DNA from: Candidatus Iainarchaeum sp.
GTDB taxonomy: Archaea > Iainarchaeota > Iainarchaeia > Iainarchaeales > JAZDEL01
DNA: 32,000 nt
Assembly (NCBI GenBank): GCA_043808785.1
Contig: JAZDEL010000002.1
Location: 150,001 to 182,000, forward strand
Direction of reading: 5' to 3'
The notes below the pieces were generated by a model. The model saw only the letters and a list, made by a program, of their open reading frames with translations, did not search any database and was not told the origin of the DNA. Shown here piece after piece: positions 7,381 to 16,402 of the stretch. Every line of letters begins with the position of its first letter. Within the stretch, counting starts at the first letter, position 1. The translations under genes and the position numbers were made by a program.

Positions 7381-8688
7381 ATGCGCATAGCAGTATTCTC
7401 CGACCTGCACCTCGGCTTCAGCACATCCGAGAGGGGGGATGAAAGTTTCAATGCAGCGCGCTCGGCATTCGAACTTGCCCTCGCCAACGGTGTCGAACTC
7501 GTGCTACTTGCAGGGGACATTTTCGACGCCGCAATCCCCTCGCAGGAAACCCTGCTCGGCGCATTTGTTATTTTTTCAGAATTTGCGGAAAAGATGAAAG
7601 CCAAAGACAACGCACTTGAACTAACCCGCACCCCCCGCGAAGGGGGCAAGGCAGAACTGCTTGCCCTCCCCCCGATAATCTCAATCCACGGCACGCACGA
7701 GTTCAGGGGGAAGGATTACGCGAACGTCCTGCAGTTGCTTGAGCACGCGGGCTTCCTTATTTACCTGCACACGCAGAAAATAGCGGTGAAAAAGGGCGGC
7801 GAAACAGTTGTTGTGCAGGGCATGGGCGGCGTGCCTGAAAAAAAGGCGCTCGACGCTTTGCACGCGCTCGCCCCCGAACCCGAAAAGGGAGCCGTGAACA
7901 TTTTCCTACTCCACCAGTCAATAAAGGAATTCCTCCCTTTCGAGGATGACATGGTCGCAACGCTCTCGCTTTCAAGCCTGCCGCAGGGCTTCGACATCGT
8001 AATCAACGGCCACCTGCACTGGCATAGCACCGAGCGCCTGCAGCAGGGCGGAACCCTGCTCATGCCTGGTTCAACCATAACCACTCAGATGAAAAAACTC
8101 GAGAGCGAGAAGGGGAAGGGGATTTTCATTTTCGATACGGGGGAAGGGGCAAAGGCGGAGGCTGAAAGCGGCAAAGGGGCAAAGGAAAGAACCGCGCGCT
8201 TCCTCCCCCTCCCTAACCAGCGCAGGTTTTTTTATCACAAGGTTGAGTTTACGAACTCGGCCGCGGAGGATGTTTTGCAAAAGGCAAACGCACTCGTGGA
8301 AAAAGACCTTGCGCACGTGGCTGGCGCTTCCTCCCCTACTCTTCCCCCGCTCATACGCCTCAAACTCTGCGGAACCCTCGCCTCGGGGGTTTCGAATTCG
8401 GATGTGCAGCTTGGCGCGCTCGATGAAACTTTCAGGGGCAGGGCAATCCTTTCAATCAGCCGCGAGTTCGAAACAGCTGGCTTCAAAAAGAAAATCGCGG
8501 AACTGCGCGAGATGCAGCACTCGAAGAAATCAGTTGCGGCGATGGGCATCGAAATCCTCGAAAAAAACCTTTCCGAAACAGGGTTCAACAACGCTTTCGA
8601 CGCGCGCCGCATCTTCACGCTTCTTGCCGAAGGGGAAACGGAAAAGGTCGCGGAACTGCTGAGCGGGAAAGGTAAAGATAATCCATAG
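7381..8688 (+). CDS. mre11: Mre11/SbcD-family metallophosphoesterase nuclease
   Basis: Phosphoesterase motifs are present: FSDLHLG, LLAGDIFD, IHGTHE, LLHQ and INGHLH. The length is 435 aa. The ATG directly abuts the HAD stop codon (TGA 7378-7380, ATG 7381). Confidence 0.75.
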   Translation: MRIAVFSDLHLGFSTSERGDESFNAARSAFELALANGVELVLLAGDIFDAAIPSQETLLGAFVIFSEFAEKMKAKDNALELTRTPREGGKAELLALPPIISIHGTHEFRGKDYANVLQLLEHAGFLIYLHTQKIAVKKGGETVVVQGMGGVPEKKALDALHALAPEPEKGAVNIFLLHQSIKEFLPFEDDMVATLSLSSLPQGFDIVINGHLHWHSTERLQQGGTLLMPGSTITTQMKKLESEKGKGIFIFDTGEGAKAEAESGKGAKERTARFLPLPNQRRFFYHKVEFTNSAAEDVLQKANALVEKDLAHVAGASSPTLPPLIRLKLCGTLASGVSNSDVQLGALDETFRGRAILSISREFETAGFKKKIAELREMQHSKKSVAAMGIEILEKNLSETGFNNAFDARRIFTLLAEGETEKVAELLSGKGKDNP

Positions 8689-8699
8689 TTTTTGCAAAC

Positions 8700-9080
8700 C
8701 TATCCGATAACTCTGCTGACAATTACTACGATTAGAAATGCAACAATGGCGAGTAAAACCTTAACTGCCAGGTCATTAATTGTGGCAATTACACCATATG
8801 CAGTTAGGAAAATAATAACAAACGTCAAAATAATAATCCATTTTGTTAGGCGTTCCATTTCCCAGGAACTGATTAGCGTTAATCCATTTGGCCCAAGATT
8901 ATAATATTTCTTATTTTTGCCTCTAACAAACGAGTCTTCCATTAGCAAAAAGCCATTCTTTACCAAAAGATTCCTATCCTCTTCCGTGACAATTATGTTG
9001 TGCACTCTCTCTTCAGGCAGTCTTCCGTCAGGGTAATCCTTGTATAATGCCGTGAATAACTCTTTTGTTTTTTTGTCCAT
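8700..9080 (-). CDS. Low-GC orphan: small protein with a soluble N-domain and two C-terminal TM helices
   Basis: MDKKTKELFTALYKDYPDGRLPEE...WIIILTFVIIFLTAYGVIATINDLAVKVLLAIVAFLIVVIV. The ATG at 9080 is 4 nt after the acdA stop. Sampled lines 8761 and 8821 are 33-37% GC, against 52-60% in flanking lines. Confidence 0.55.
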   Translation of the reverse strand: MDKKTKELFTALYKDYPDGRLPEERVHNIIVTEEDRNLLVKNGFLLMEDSFVRGKNKKYYNLGPNGLTLISSWEMERLTKWIIILTFVIIFLTAYGVIATINDLAVKVLLAIVAFLIVVIVSRVIG

Positions 9081-9084
9081 GATT

Positions 9085-10467
9085 TCACTTATCCACATAG
9101 TAATCCACAAGCGCCGCGAGCGCCCGCGCGCAGTCGAAAGGGCTCATAAATGTGCTTATTCCCTTCTTCTCTAAGTGCATCCTCTGCCTCTCGCTGTAAA
9201 CGCCCCCCGCGCTCATCACAACAACGGGCTTCTTCCTGTTCTTCAGCACCTTGTAAACGCTTTCCACAATCCCCTTCTCAAGGGTAGGGACCTGGAACAG
9301 CAGGATGAGAAGCAGCATATCGACATTCTTGTCCGCGAGCACTGCATTCACGGCAACCTCGTACCTCTTGTTGTCCGCATCCCCTGTGAGGTCTATGGGG
9401 TTTGCAATCACGGCATATGCGGGGGATTTGCTTTTTATCAGCATTTTTGTTTTCCCGCTTATCTCCGCCATCTCGAGGCCGTTCTGCACCAGTGCGTCCG
9501 TGCCCAGCACCCCGTAGCCGCCGCCGTCGGTTATTACCTGAACCCTTTTTCCGCGCGGCGCTGGCTCTGTTGAAAAGACGCGCGCGAAGTCGAAGACTTC
9601 CTCCATCGTGTGTGCGTGAACAATGTTCGCCTGCCTGAAAACCGCTTTGTAAACCTCCGCGGAACCCGCAAGGCTGCCTGTGTGGGAATGTGCGGCCTTC
9701 GCCCCCCCTTCCGTCATGCCGCCCTTTATCGCAATTATGGGCTTTTTGAAGCCCATCTTTTTCGCAACGCTGAAGAATTTCCTGCCCTCCCTCACGCCCT
9801 CGACATAAACCACAACAACCTTCGTGCTCTTGTCGTGCGCAAGGTACTCTATCAAATCAGCCTCATCCACATCCATCGCGTTCCCGTAAGAAACAAACTT
9901 GTTCACCCCGTAGCCCTTCATCGCGTCCCAATCTAAAATTGCCGAGCCCAGTGCACCTGACTGCGAAATGAAACTCACAACCCCTTTCCCCGGCCTCCCC
10001 ATCCTCGAGCGCGGCAGGAAAAGCATGTCCACGCCAGAAGCGGTGTCGAGCACGCCCAAGCAATTAGGCCCTACAACGCGCATCTTGTTTTTGTATTTGT
10101 GCATGATTGCGGCGAGTTCGGCAGTAAGGCCCTTCTCCCCAATCTCCCCGAAACCCGCGCTTATGATTGTTACCGCCTTAACCCCCTTCTTCCCGCACTC
10201 TTTCAAAACCATCGGGACGAATTTCGACGGCACAACCACTACAGCGGCATCGACAGCGTGCGGAATTTCCTTCACGCTCGCATAGCACGCCTTCCCCATT
10301 ATTTTTTTGTGGTTCGGGTTCACCGCGTACACTTTCCCCCCGAACCCTCCCGAAATAAAGTTTTCCAGCACAGCCTTCCCTATGCTGCGTTCCTGTTGGG
10401 ACGCGCCTATTACGGCAATGCTTTTAGGGCTGAAGAAATATTCCATCAGTTTCGCGCGCGGGTTCAT
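9085..10467 (-). CDS. acdA: ADP-forming acetyl-CoA synthetase, alpha subunit (CoA-binding/ligase-CoA domains)
   Basis: FSPKSIAVIGAS...GKVYAVNP...VGPNCLGV...SQSGALG...AAHSHTGSLAGS includes the catalytic His loop. The length is 460 aa. Confidence 0.85.
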   Translation of the reverse strand: MNPRAKLMEYFFSPKSIAVIGASQQERSIGKAVLENFISGGFGGKVYAVNPNHKKIMGKACYASVKEIPHAVDAAVVVVPSKFVPMVLKECGKKGVKAVTIISAGFGEIGEKGLTAELAAIMHKYKNKMRVVGPNCLGVLDTASGVDMLFLPRSRMGRPGKGVVSFISQSGALGSAILDWDAMKGYGVNKFVSYGNAMDVDEADLIEYLAHDKSTKVVVVYVEGVREGRKFFSVAKKMGFKKPIIAIKGGMTEGGAKAAHSHTGSLAGSAEVYKAVFRQANIVHAHTMEEVFDFARVFSTEPAPRGKRVQVITDGGGYGVLGTDALVQNGLEMAEISGKTKMLIKSKSPAYAVIANPIDLTGDADNKRYEVAVNAVLADKNVDMLLLILLFQVPTLEKGIVESVYKVLKNRKKPVVVMSAGGVYSERQRMHLEKKGISTFMSPFDCARALAALVDYYVDK

Positions 10468-10510
10468 CTTGTTTCCCCCCGAACCAAAGCCAACCCGAAT
10501 TCCGCAGGGT

Positions 10511-10834
10511 TCATTGCGTTTCCCCCTCTACCCATTTCAGGTATTCATCGCTCCCTTCCGCAACATCGTAAAACAAAATCGCGGGGTTCTCGTAACTGTG
10601 CATTCCCTTCACGACCTCTGTAATTTTTTTCGCGTGCTTTTTCATGGTTTTCGCGAAAATGAGTGCCTCCTTCTCCTCGTGGATTTTCCCGTTCCACCTG
10701 TAAACAGAATCTACCTCGTGCACCATGTTCGCGCATGCAACAAGCTTTTTCTCCACAAGGGCGAAGGATATCTTTCTGGCTTCCTCCGCGTCCCTGCAGG
10801 TTATGTAGACACAAACAAAGCCTTTGCTCACCAT
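10511..10834 (-). CDS. cutA: CutA1 divalent-cation tolerance protein
   Basis: VCVYITCRDAEEARKISFALVEKKLVACANM...SVYRWNGKIHEEKEALIFAKT...HSYENPAIL is the CutA fold signature. The ATG at 10834 is preceded by GGGGG. Confidence 0.8.
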   Translation of the reverse strand: MVSKGFVCVYITCRDAEEARKISFALVEKKLVACANMVHEVDSVYRWNGKIHEEKEALIFAKTMKKHAKKITEVVKGMHSYENPAILFYDVAEGSDEYLKWVEGETQ

Positions 10835-10880
10835 TCTGCCGCCCCCATTCCGCAGCACCGCCAGCATGCCCATGCAACAG

Positions 10881-11843
10881 TCACCACTCCACCGCCTCGC
10901 ACAGTTTCCCCGCCCTGAGAAGTTTCCATTCCGCGTTCACAATCTTCTGTATGTGCGCAATCTGCCCCTTTGTCAGGTGCGAGAACCTCTTCTGCATCAT
11001 AAGCGCCTTCCCCAATGGTTCCATGGAAGGCTCAACCGTTATGCGCATCCTCTTCCCCTCAACCTCATAAACAGGCCAGAGCCCGGACATAACCATGCGC
11101 TTGCCGCACTCTATCCATTCCCCTTCCTTGAGCCCCCAGCCTGCGCATGCGCACAGCAGTTCTATGTATTTGAAGCCGCGGATTTTCGACGCCTTCTTAA
11201 GTTTCTGCATGAAATCCAGCGGGAACGCGGTTGATGCAGTGGCAGCGTAAGGTATGTTGTGCGCGACCATTATTTTCATCATGTCCTTGCGGAAGTGCAG
11301 GTTGCCCGGCAGTTTTTTCACAGCGGGGGTCGTGCTTGTGCTTGCGTAAAGCGGGGTTGCCGCGGTCTGCTCGAACCCCGTGTTTGCGAATGTTTCATTG
11401 TTGTAGCAAATATAAATGATATCATCATTCCTGCTCGCAGCTCCGCTCAGGCTCTGGAACCCTATGTCATACGTTGCCCCGTCCCCGGCAAAAGGAACCA
11501 CGTTAATGCCCTTCGCCTTTCCCTTCGCTTTCAGCCCCATCCCTATTCCCGCAGCGGTTGCAGCTGCGTTCTCTATCGCGTTATGCACCCACGGTATTTT
11601 GTACGCAGTGTAAGGGTATGTTGCCGTGAGGGTCATGCAGCCCGAAGGATTAACCATTATCGTATTTTTCCCCAGCGCCTTCAGCGCAAGCTTTATCCCG
11701 AGCACGGCGTTGCAGGAAGGGCATGCGAACGTGCCGCCGGTAATAAGCCAGCCCTCCTCCATTTTTTTTATGTCAAGCGTTTTTTCCGGCATTGCAACAC
11801 ACCCGCCAATTCCGTCTCCCTTCCGCATCCCCGCCTTTTCCAT
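10881..11843 (-). CDS. porB: Pyruvate:ferredoxin oxidoreductase beta (TPP-binding) subunit
   Basis: ACPSCN...NPSGCM...FAGDGATYDIGFQSLSGA...YNNETFANTGFEQT is the TPP motif region. The start may instead be the ATG at 11792 (MPEKTLD). Confidence 0.85.
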   Translation of the reverse strand: MEKAGMRKGDGIGGCVAMPEKTLDIKKMEEGWLITGGTFACPSCNAVLGIKLALKALGKNTIMVNPSGCMTLTATYPYTAYKIPWVHNAIENAAATAAGIGMGLKAKGKAKGINVVPFAGDGATYDIGFQSLSGAASRNDDIIYICYNNETFANTGFEQTAATPLYASTSTTPAVKKLPGNLHFRKDMMKIMVAHNIPYAATASTAFPLDFMQKLKKASKIRGFKYIELLCACAGWGLKEGEWIECGKRMVMSGLWPVYEVEGKRMRITVEPSMEPLGKALMMQKRFSHLTKGQIAHIQKIVNAEWKLLRAGKLCEAVEW

Positions 11844-11868
11844 TTCCCTTCCGCCCTTATCGGCACAC

Positions 11869-13026
11869 CTACATTACCCATCTCCTTAGTTCCTTTCCCG
11901 CGTTTCTTATCTGCCTGAAAATTTCCGCGTAATCCTTAACCTCGACCCATCTCCCGCCAAGCCCGGCAATGTACGACGAAACCTTTGCGCCGCTCCCCGC
12001 AAGCGCGGCCCTGACCTCGGGGTAAAGTATTCCCCCCGCGCCCGGCGCAACCGACTGGTCCACAACCGCAACTTTCTTCACGCCGCGCAGCGCAGCGGCA
12101 ATCTCATCGCGCGGGAAAGGCCTCAATACGCGCAGCCGGAGTAAGCCAACCTTCTTTCCTTTCGCCCTCAGTTCGTCAACCGCGGTTTTCGCTGTGAGCG
12201 CATTCGAGCCGATAATGATAATCGCCTCTTTCGCATCCGCGAGTTTGTAGCGTTCGACAACATCATACTTCCTTCCCGTGAGTTTCGCCCACCCCGCATA
12301 CGCCCTCTTCATTTCCCCCAGCGCATCCAACTGCGCGCGGTGCATTTGCGCCCTGAAATCCATGTACTGCGGCATTGCTGGCGTGCCAAGGCTCATCGGA
12401 TTCCGCGGGTCGAGAATTGTCTGCGGCTTATATTTCGGCAGGAACCTGTCAACGGTTTTCTGCGAGGGAATCTCCACTTCGTAGCGGGTATAACTCTGCA
12501 CAAACCCGTCCATGTTTACAATGGAAGGGAGCATTATTTTTTTGCTCTCCCCCACGCGGAATGAAATTATCACATTATCCAGAAGTTCCTGGTTGTTTTC
12601 GCTCACTGTTATAAGCCAGCCGCTGTCCCTTGTTGCCATAAGGTCGTTGTGGTCGCACCACAGGGTTATGGGTGCGCTTACCGCCCTGCTGCCGTTAACC
12701 ATTACTACGGGCATCCTCGTGCCAGAGGCAATGTACAATTCCTCAAGCATGAGCAGCAAGCCCTGCGAGGATGTTGATGTGAAAGTCCTCGCGCCAGCCA
12801 TTTCCGCGCCTATTGCAGCGCTCATTGCGGAATGCTCGCTGTCCATTACCTTAAACTGCGCCTTAAACCTGCCCTCCGCCTTCCACTCGCTGAGGACGTG
12901 AATCATCTCGGTCTGCGGGGTTATGGGGAAGCATGGCATGCACTCAACGCGGGAGAGTACGGCGGCATGTGCGGCGGCGGTGTTCCCATCAAGAAGTTCA
13001 ACCACTTTCTTCCCGCCCTTTGCCAT
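11869..13026 (-). CDS. porA: Pyruvate:ferredoxin oxidoreductase alpha subunit
   Basis: MAKGGKKVVELLDGNTAAAHAAV...CFPITPQTE...MDSEHSAMSAAIGAEMAGARTFTSTSSQGL. The ATG is at 13026 (cat 13024-13026). Confidence 0.9.
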   Translation of the reverse strand: MAKGGKKVVELLDGNTAAAHAAVLSRVECMPCFPITPQTEMIHVLSEWKAEGRFKAQFKVMDSEHSAMSAAIGAEMAGARTFTSTSSQGLLLMLEELYIASGTRMPVVMVNGSRAVSAPITLWCDHNDLMATRDSGWLITVSENNQELLDNVIISFRVGESKKIMLPSIVNMDGFVQSYTRYEVEIPSQKTVDRFLPKYKPQTILDPRNPMSLGTPAMPQYMDFRAQMHRAQLDALGEMKRAYAGWAKLTGRKYDVVERYKLADAKEAIIIIGSNALTAKTAVDELRAKGKKVGLLRLRVLRPFPRDEIAAALRGVKKVAVVDQSVAPGAGGILYPEVRAALAGSGAKVSSYIAGLGGRWVEVKDYAEIFRQIRNAGKELRRWVM

Positions 13027-13072
13027 CACAATCCCCTTCCTTTTGCCTCTCCGTTCCCGCATCCTTGCGCCC

Positions 13073-13366
13073 CTATCCTTTGTGCCTCTCCATTGTTATG
13101 CACTTTGTAGGGCACACGCTTGCGCATGTTCCGCAGCCCTTGCATGCGCCATAATCGCACCTTGTCGTGCCGTCCTTGTTCAGCTTTATCGCCGTGTCGG
13201 GGCAGTAAATCCAGCACAGGTGGCACTTTATGCACTTGCTCCTGTCGAACTTCGGAACGTGCGTCGCCCACGAGCCCATCTTCGGTATGTGCTTTCCCGC
13301 GTGCGCGTGCGGCACGCCGTTAACGCCCGCGTTTTTTATTTTTGCCTCATCAACAAACTTGCCCAT
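13073..13366 (-). CDS. porD: Pyruvate:ferredoxin oxidoreductase delta subunit (2x[4Fe-4S] ferredoxin)
   Basis: Two cluster motifs are present, CIKCHLCWIYCP and CKGCGTCASVCP. The length is 97 aa. Confidence 0.9.
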   Translation of the reverse strand: MGKFVDEAKIKNAGVNGVPHAHAGKHIPKMGSWATHVPKFDRSKCIKCHLCWIYCPDTAIKLNKDGTTRCDYGACKGCGTCASVCPTKCITMERHKG

Positions 13367-13396
13367 GTCCGCACCGCCGCAAATTTTCCCGCGCCT

Positions 13397-13942
13397 TCAT
13401 TTGCCCCCGACAATTTCGTAGCACTTCCTTGCCGCCTTCAGGTTCTTCTCAACAACCTCGCGCTTCAGTTTTTTGCCCATTTCAATCTTAACTGCCTTCT
13501 CGAACTCGCGCCATTTTACGGGCGCGAAAAGTTTCACAAGCGCGCCAAGCATTGCGACGTTAGCGACATTCCTCCCCACCAAATCCACGGCGATGTTCGT
13601 TGCATCAATCGCGCTGCACTTCCCCCTCACGTGCCCGCAAATTCCCGTGCGGTATGAGTTAAGCAGCACAACGGTTTTCGCGGAAATCCCCGCGCTCCAC
13701 TGCTTATCCCCTATTGTGGTGTCGAGCACGACAACCGCATCGGGCTCCTCGATGTAGCCCGTAATTTGAATCGGCTTTTTGTCCATGCGCACAAAGCTTG
13801 TCAGCGGCGCCCCCTCCCTCTCCGCCCCATAGATTGCGAAATCCTGCGTGTGGAAGCCGGAAAGGTAAGCGGCGCGCGCGAAAATCTGCGCCGCCTTTTT
13901 AACGCCCTGCCCGCCCCTGCCGTGGAACCTTATGCCGTACAT
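13397..13942 (-). CDS. porG: Pyruvate:ferredoxin oxidoreductase gamma subunit
   Basis: MYGIRFHGRGGQGVKKAAQIFA is the canonical gamma N-terminus. The ATG is at 13942. ATTAATAT (rc of ~14003-14010) lies upstream as a possible TATA box. Confidence 0.85.
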   Translation of the reverse strand: MYGIRFHGRGGQGVKKAAQIFARAAYLSGFHTQDFAIYGAEREGAPLTSFVRMDKKPIQITGYIEEPDAVVVLDTTIGDKQWSAGISAKTVVLLNSYRTGICGHVRGKCSAIDATNIAVDLVGRNVANVAMLGALVKLFAPVKWREFEKAVKIEMGKKLKREVVEKNLKAARKCYEIVGGK

Positions 13943-14119
13943 CCAAGCGCCCCGCATATTCCTGCTGCCAATGTTTGCGCAGCGGTAATTAGAGGGGGGA
14001 AGAGATATTAATAGTTTGCGCTGGCACAGGAAACCCGCCCTCGTTAAATTTATTAACGCCAATGTACACATATTTATCGGTTAGGCGCCTCTGCCTTAAC
14101 CGGCAACTCTGGTGGATTC

Positions 14120-14335
14120 ATGGAACGCAAATTTTCGGCGGTTGTTTCGAAAGAGGGAAAGTGGCACGTTTCCTACTGCCCCGAACTCGGGGTTTCATCG
14201 CAGGGGCGGACAAAGAAGTCCGCGCTTGCAAACCTTAAGGAAGCGGTGGAGCTTTACCTTGAGCACGACCCTGTATGCCTCCCCGAGAAAAGGGAAGTTG
14301 TTGAGTTCAGGGCAAAGGTAATGGCGCATGCCTAA
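14120..14335 (+). CDS. hicB: HicB-like antitoxin (UPF0150 fold), copy 1
   Basis: MERKFSAVVSKEGKWHVSYCPELGVSSQGRTKKSALANLKEAVELYLE. It overlaps the downstream hicA by 8 nt (ATGCCTAA). Confidence 0.75.
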   Translation: MERKFSAVVSKEGKWHVSYCPELGVSSQGRTKKSALANLKEAVELYLEHDPVCLPEKREVVEFRAKVMAHA

Positions 14336-14552
14336 AACTGTTTCAGGCATCGAGGCTGTCAAGTTCCTCTGCAGGCACGGCTTTGACATCTACAGCAGGA
14401 AAGGCTCGCACGTGAAGCTTGTTTCCCTCGAAAGGCATGCCAAAGCCATAGTGCCGATGCACAGGGAACTTTCAAGGGGAACGCTCAACAGCATCCTGCG
14501 GCAGGCAAAGCTGAGTGATGGGGAAATTTCCGAACTGCTCGGCGGGCGATAG
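14328..14552 (+). CDS. hicA: HicA mRNA-interferase toxin, copy 1
   Basis: MPKTVSGIEAVKFLCRHGFDIYSRKGSHVKL...VPMHRELSRGTLNSILRQA contains the HicA GSH motif. Confidence 0.8.
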   Translation: MPKTVSGIEAVKFLCRHGFDIYSRKGSHVKLVSLERHAKAIVPMHRELSRGTLNSILRQAKLSDGEISELLGGR

Positions 14553-14583
14553 GATTATATCCTACCTTGCGTATTCTTATTTC

Positions 14584-15168
14584 ATGGCGAAAAAGGCAAA
14601 GGTAACGCGGAAGCAGATTGACGAGATGATTGAAACCTGCATAGGAGCTGTTAGAGATGGCGTAAGGATGCCTCGTGAAACGAACATATATTTCTTGAGG
14701 ATGTTGAAATCTCTGCGGGGCAAAAGGCGCTCTGTTCAATCTGCCAGTTATGTGCCCCCCGCGTTGAATTATTTGCTTGAGGCGCGTAACCTGGGGCTGA
14801 TTAAGGATAAAACACAACTGCGTTTTGTGAGAGCCGCAAACCAAGTCAGGAACACGCAAGTGATATTTCATCGTTTAACATATGCCGGGGCGGAGGGGCA
14901 CATTATTAGGCCCGAATATATTGAGCTTTTCGGCGACAGCCTTTATTATGTGCCGCTCCAGGAAAAAATCGATATGATAAATCGGGTTCGTAGCCATGGC
15001 GGCTTCCGTGAATTGATTGCCTTGGGGCGCGAGCTGGAATATCGCAGTAGGCGGGATGTTCCATTGGAAGGTATCCTGCAAAAAGTGCGCGAAAAAGTTG
15101 ACCATATTTTGGCAAATAGGTCGCCCGTTAAACCGCGCAAATTGCCGATACAAAGAAAAAGGAAATAA
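14584..15168 (+). CDS. Hypothetical basic protein with no family recognised
   Basis: The 194-aa ORF starts at the ATG at 14584 (MAKKAKVTRKQIDEMIE...). A TATA-containing palindrome taggat-tat-atccta (14553-14567) lies upstream. The gene follows hicBA-1. Confidence 0.45.
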   Translation: MAKKAKVTRKQIDEMIETCIGAVRDGVRMPRETNIYFLRMLKSLRGKRRSVQSASYVPPALNYLLEARNLGLIKDKTQLRFVRAANQVRNTQVIFHRLTYAGAEGHIIRPEYIELFGDSLYYVPLQEKIDMINRVRSHGGFRELIALGRELEYRSRRDVPLEGILQKVREKVDHILANRSPVKPRKLPIQRKRK

Positions 15169-15174
15169 AACCCG

Positions 15175-16335
15175 CTACGGCAAAAAGTCCCTGTTCTTTA
15201 TCTTCTCGGGCAGGTATGTTTTCGCAACAAAGTCAAGCGACCTGTGCGCAAGCGCCTGCTGCTCTATCCTGACCTTTTCCGTGAGCGCCTTCTTCAGCTG
15301 GTGCTGCCAGTCCTTGTTCTGGAACCACGGGTAATCTAACATCTCCTTCGCGCGCTTTATGTCCCCTTCCTTCATTTTTTCGGTCACGTTCTGCAATTTG
15401 TAGGTTTCTATGTCATTAAGGTTCATCCCTATGTATTTCGCGTCCGGCACTGCCATGTAGTGCGAGTGCGCCGCGAGCGCCATTGAGCCCTGCTTTATCA
15501 CGCTGTAAATGTACCAGCCATAGGGGTCTCCATCGCAAAAAACGTAAACAGGCAGTTTCTTCTCCGTGTGCAGCCTGTTCACAAGCCTTCTTGTCCCGCG
15601 CGCGGCCTGCCCCCCGGTGCTCACAAGTATGGCCTTGTTCTTCTGCGCGAACATTTCCTCGACAAGCCTCTCGTACATCGCCTCTGTTTCAATCACAAGC
15701 ACGTATTTCGCGTCGACATCCCTTATCTCGATTTCCTCGGGTTCCATGCGCGACATTACGCTCCATCCCCCCCTTCCGAGCTTTGCGCAGTTGAAGGTGT
15801 CGTTGTTGTGCATCCTGTCCCTCAGGGTTATGTCGCCGTAAAGCGTCCCCTTCGGGTTTGCGTGAAGGTTAAGCTTCTCCCTGATTGTGTCGACAGCGTG
15901 CTCAAGGTCGACAAGCACGCCGTCCGACTCGCCCTGGTCCTCGAATGTGTTCTCCTTGCTGTCCCCCACTGTGTGCTTGAGTTCGTAATAAACCTCACGG
16001 ATTGAGGCGGTTTTGTTGTGCGTGAGATAATCGTGCGTTTTGGCCGTGACCAGCATTGTCTGCATGAACTTCCTTGCGTGCCCTATGTTCAGAAAACCCC
16101 TTGTCGTGCTCTTGTCCCCTAACTCAATAATCCTCTTGTCCTCGCTGAACTCCACGTTCCCGCGGCCGCGCTGCATTGTCACGAACTTCGGCTCCTTTTT
16201 CTTCATTATGTCGTTTGCAATCCCCTCCGCCATGGAGTGCAGGCGCTTTGCAATAATCTGCGGCGTCTCCTTTTCCCCGCCGCGCGTGCCGCGTATGCCT
16301 GTTTTCCCTGTGCCCTTAGCCTTGTCCTTTGACAT
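15175..16335 (-). CDS. top6A: DNA topoisomerase VI subunit A (Spo11-like)
   Basis: IREVYYELKH contains the catalytic Tyr region. LVIETEAMYERL and VFCDGDPYGWYIY form the Toprim domain. The track start at 16341 is TTG. The ATG at 16335 is preceded by GAAGGTGG, an SD-like sequence. Confidence 0.9.
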   Translation of the reverse strand: MSKDKAKGTGKTGIRGTRGGEKETPQIIAKRLHSMAEGIANDIMKKKEPKFVTMQRGRGNVEFSEDKRIIELGDKSTTRGFLNIGHARKFMQTMLVTAKTHDYLTHNKTASIREVYYELKHTVGDSKENTFEDQGESDGVLVDLEHAVDTIREKLNLHANPKGTLYGDITLRDRMHNNDTFNCAKLGRGGWSVMSRMEPEEIEIRDVDAKYVLVIETEAMYERLVEEMFAQKNKAILVSTGGQAARGTRRLVNRLHTEKKLPVYVFCDGDPYGWYIYSVIKQGSMALAAHSHYMAVPDAKYIGMNLNDIETYKLQNVTEKMKEGDIKRAKEMLDYPWFQNKDWQHQLKKALTEKVRIEQQALAHRSLDFVAKTYLPEKIKNRDFLP

Positions 16336-16402
16336 AATCAACCACCTTCAAGCCCTGCAGTAATTTTCCCAATCTCCCTCTCCCCGCCTTCCCGTATTTC
16401 AC

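Noticed and set aside
7161-7694. A 177-aa minus-strand ORF across the HAD/mre11 junction.
   Set aside because: It is antisense to two motif-supported genes and its composition is Ser/Ala-rich. It is a shadow ORF.
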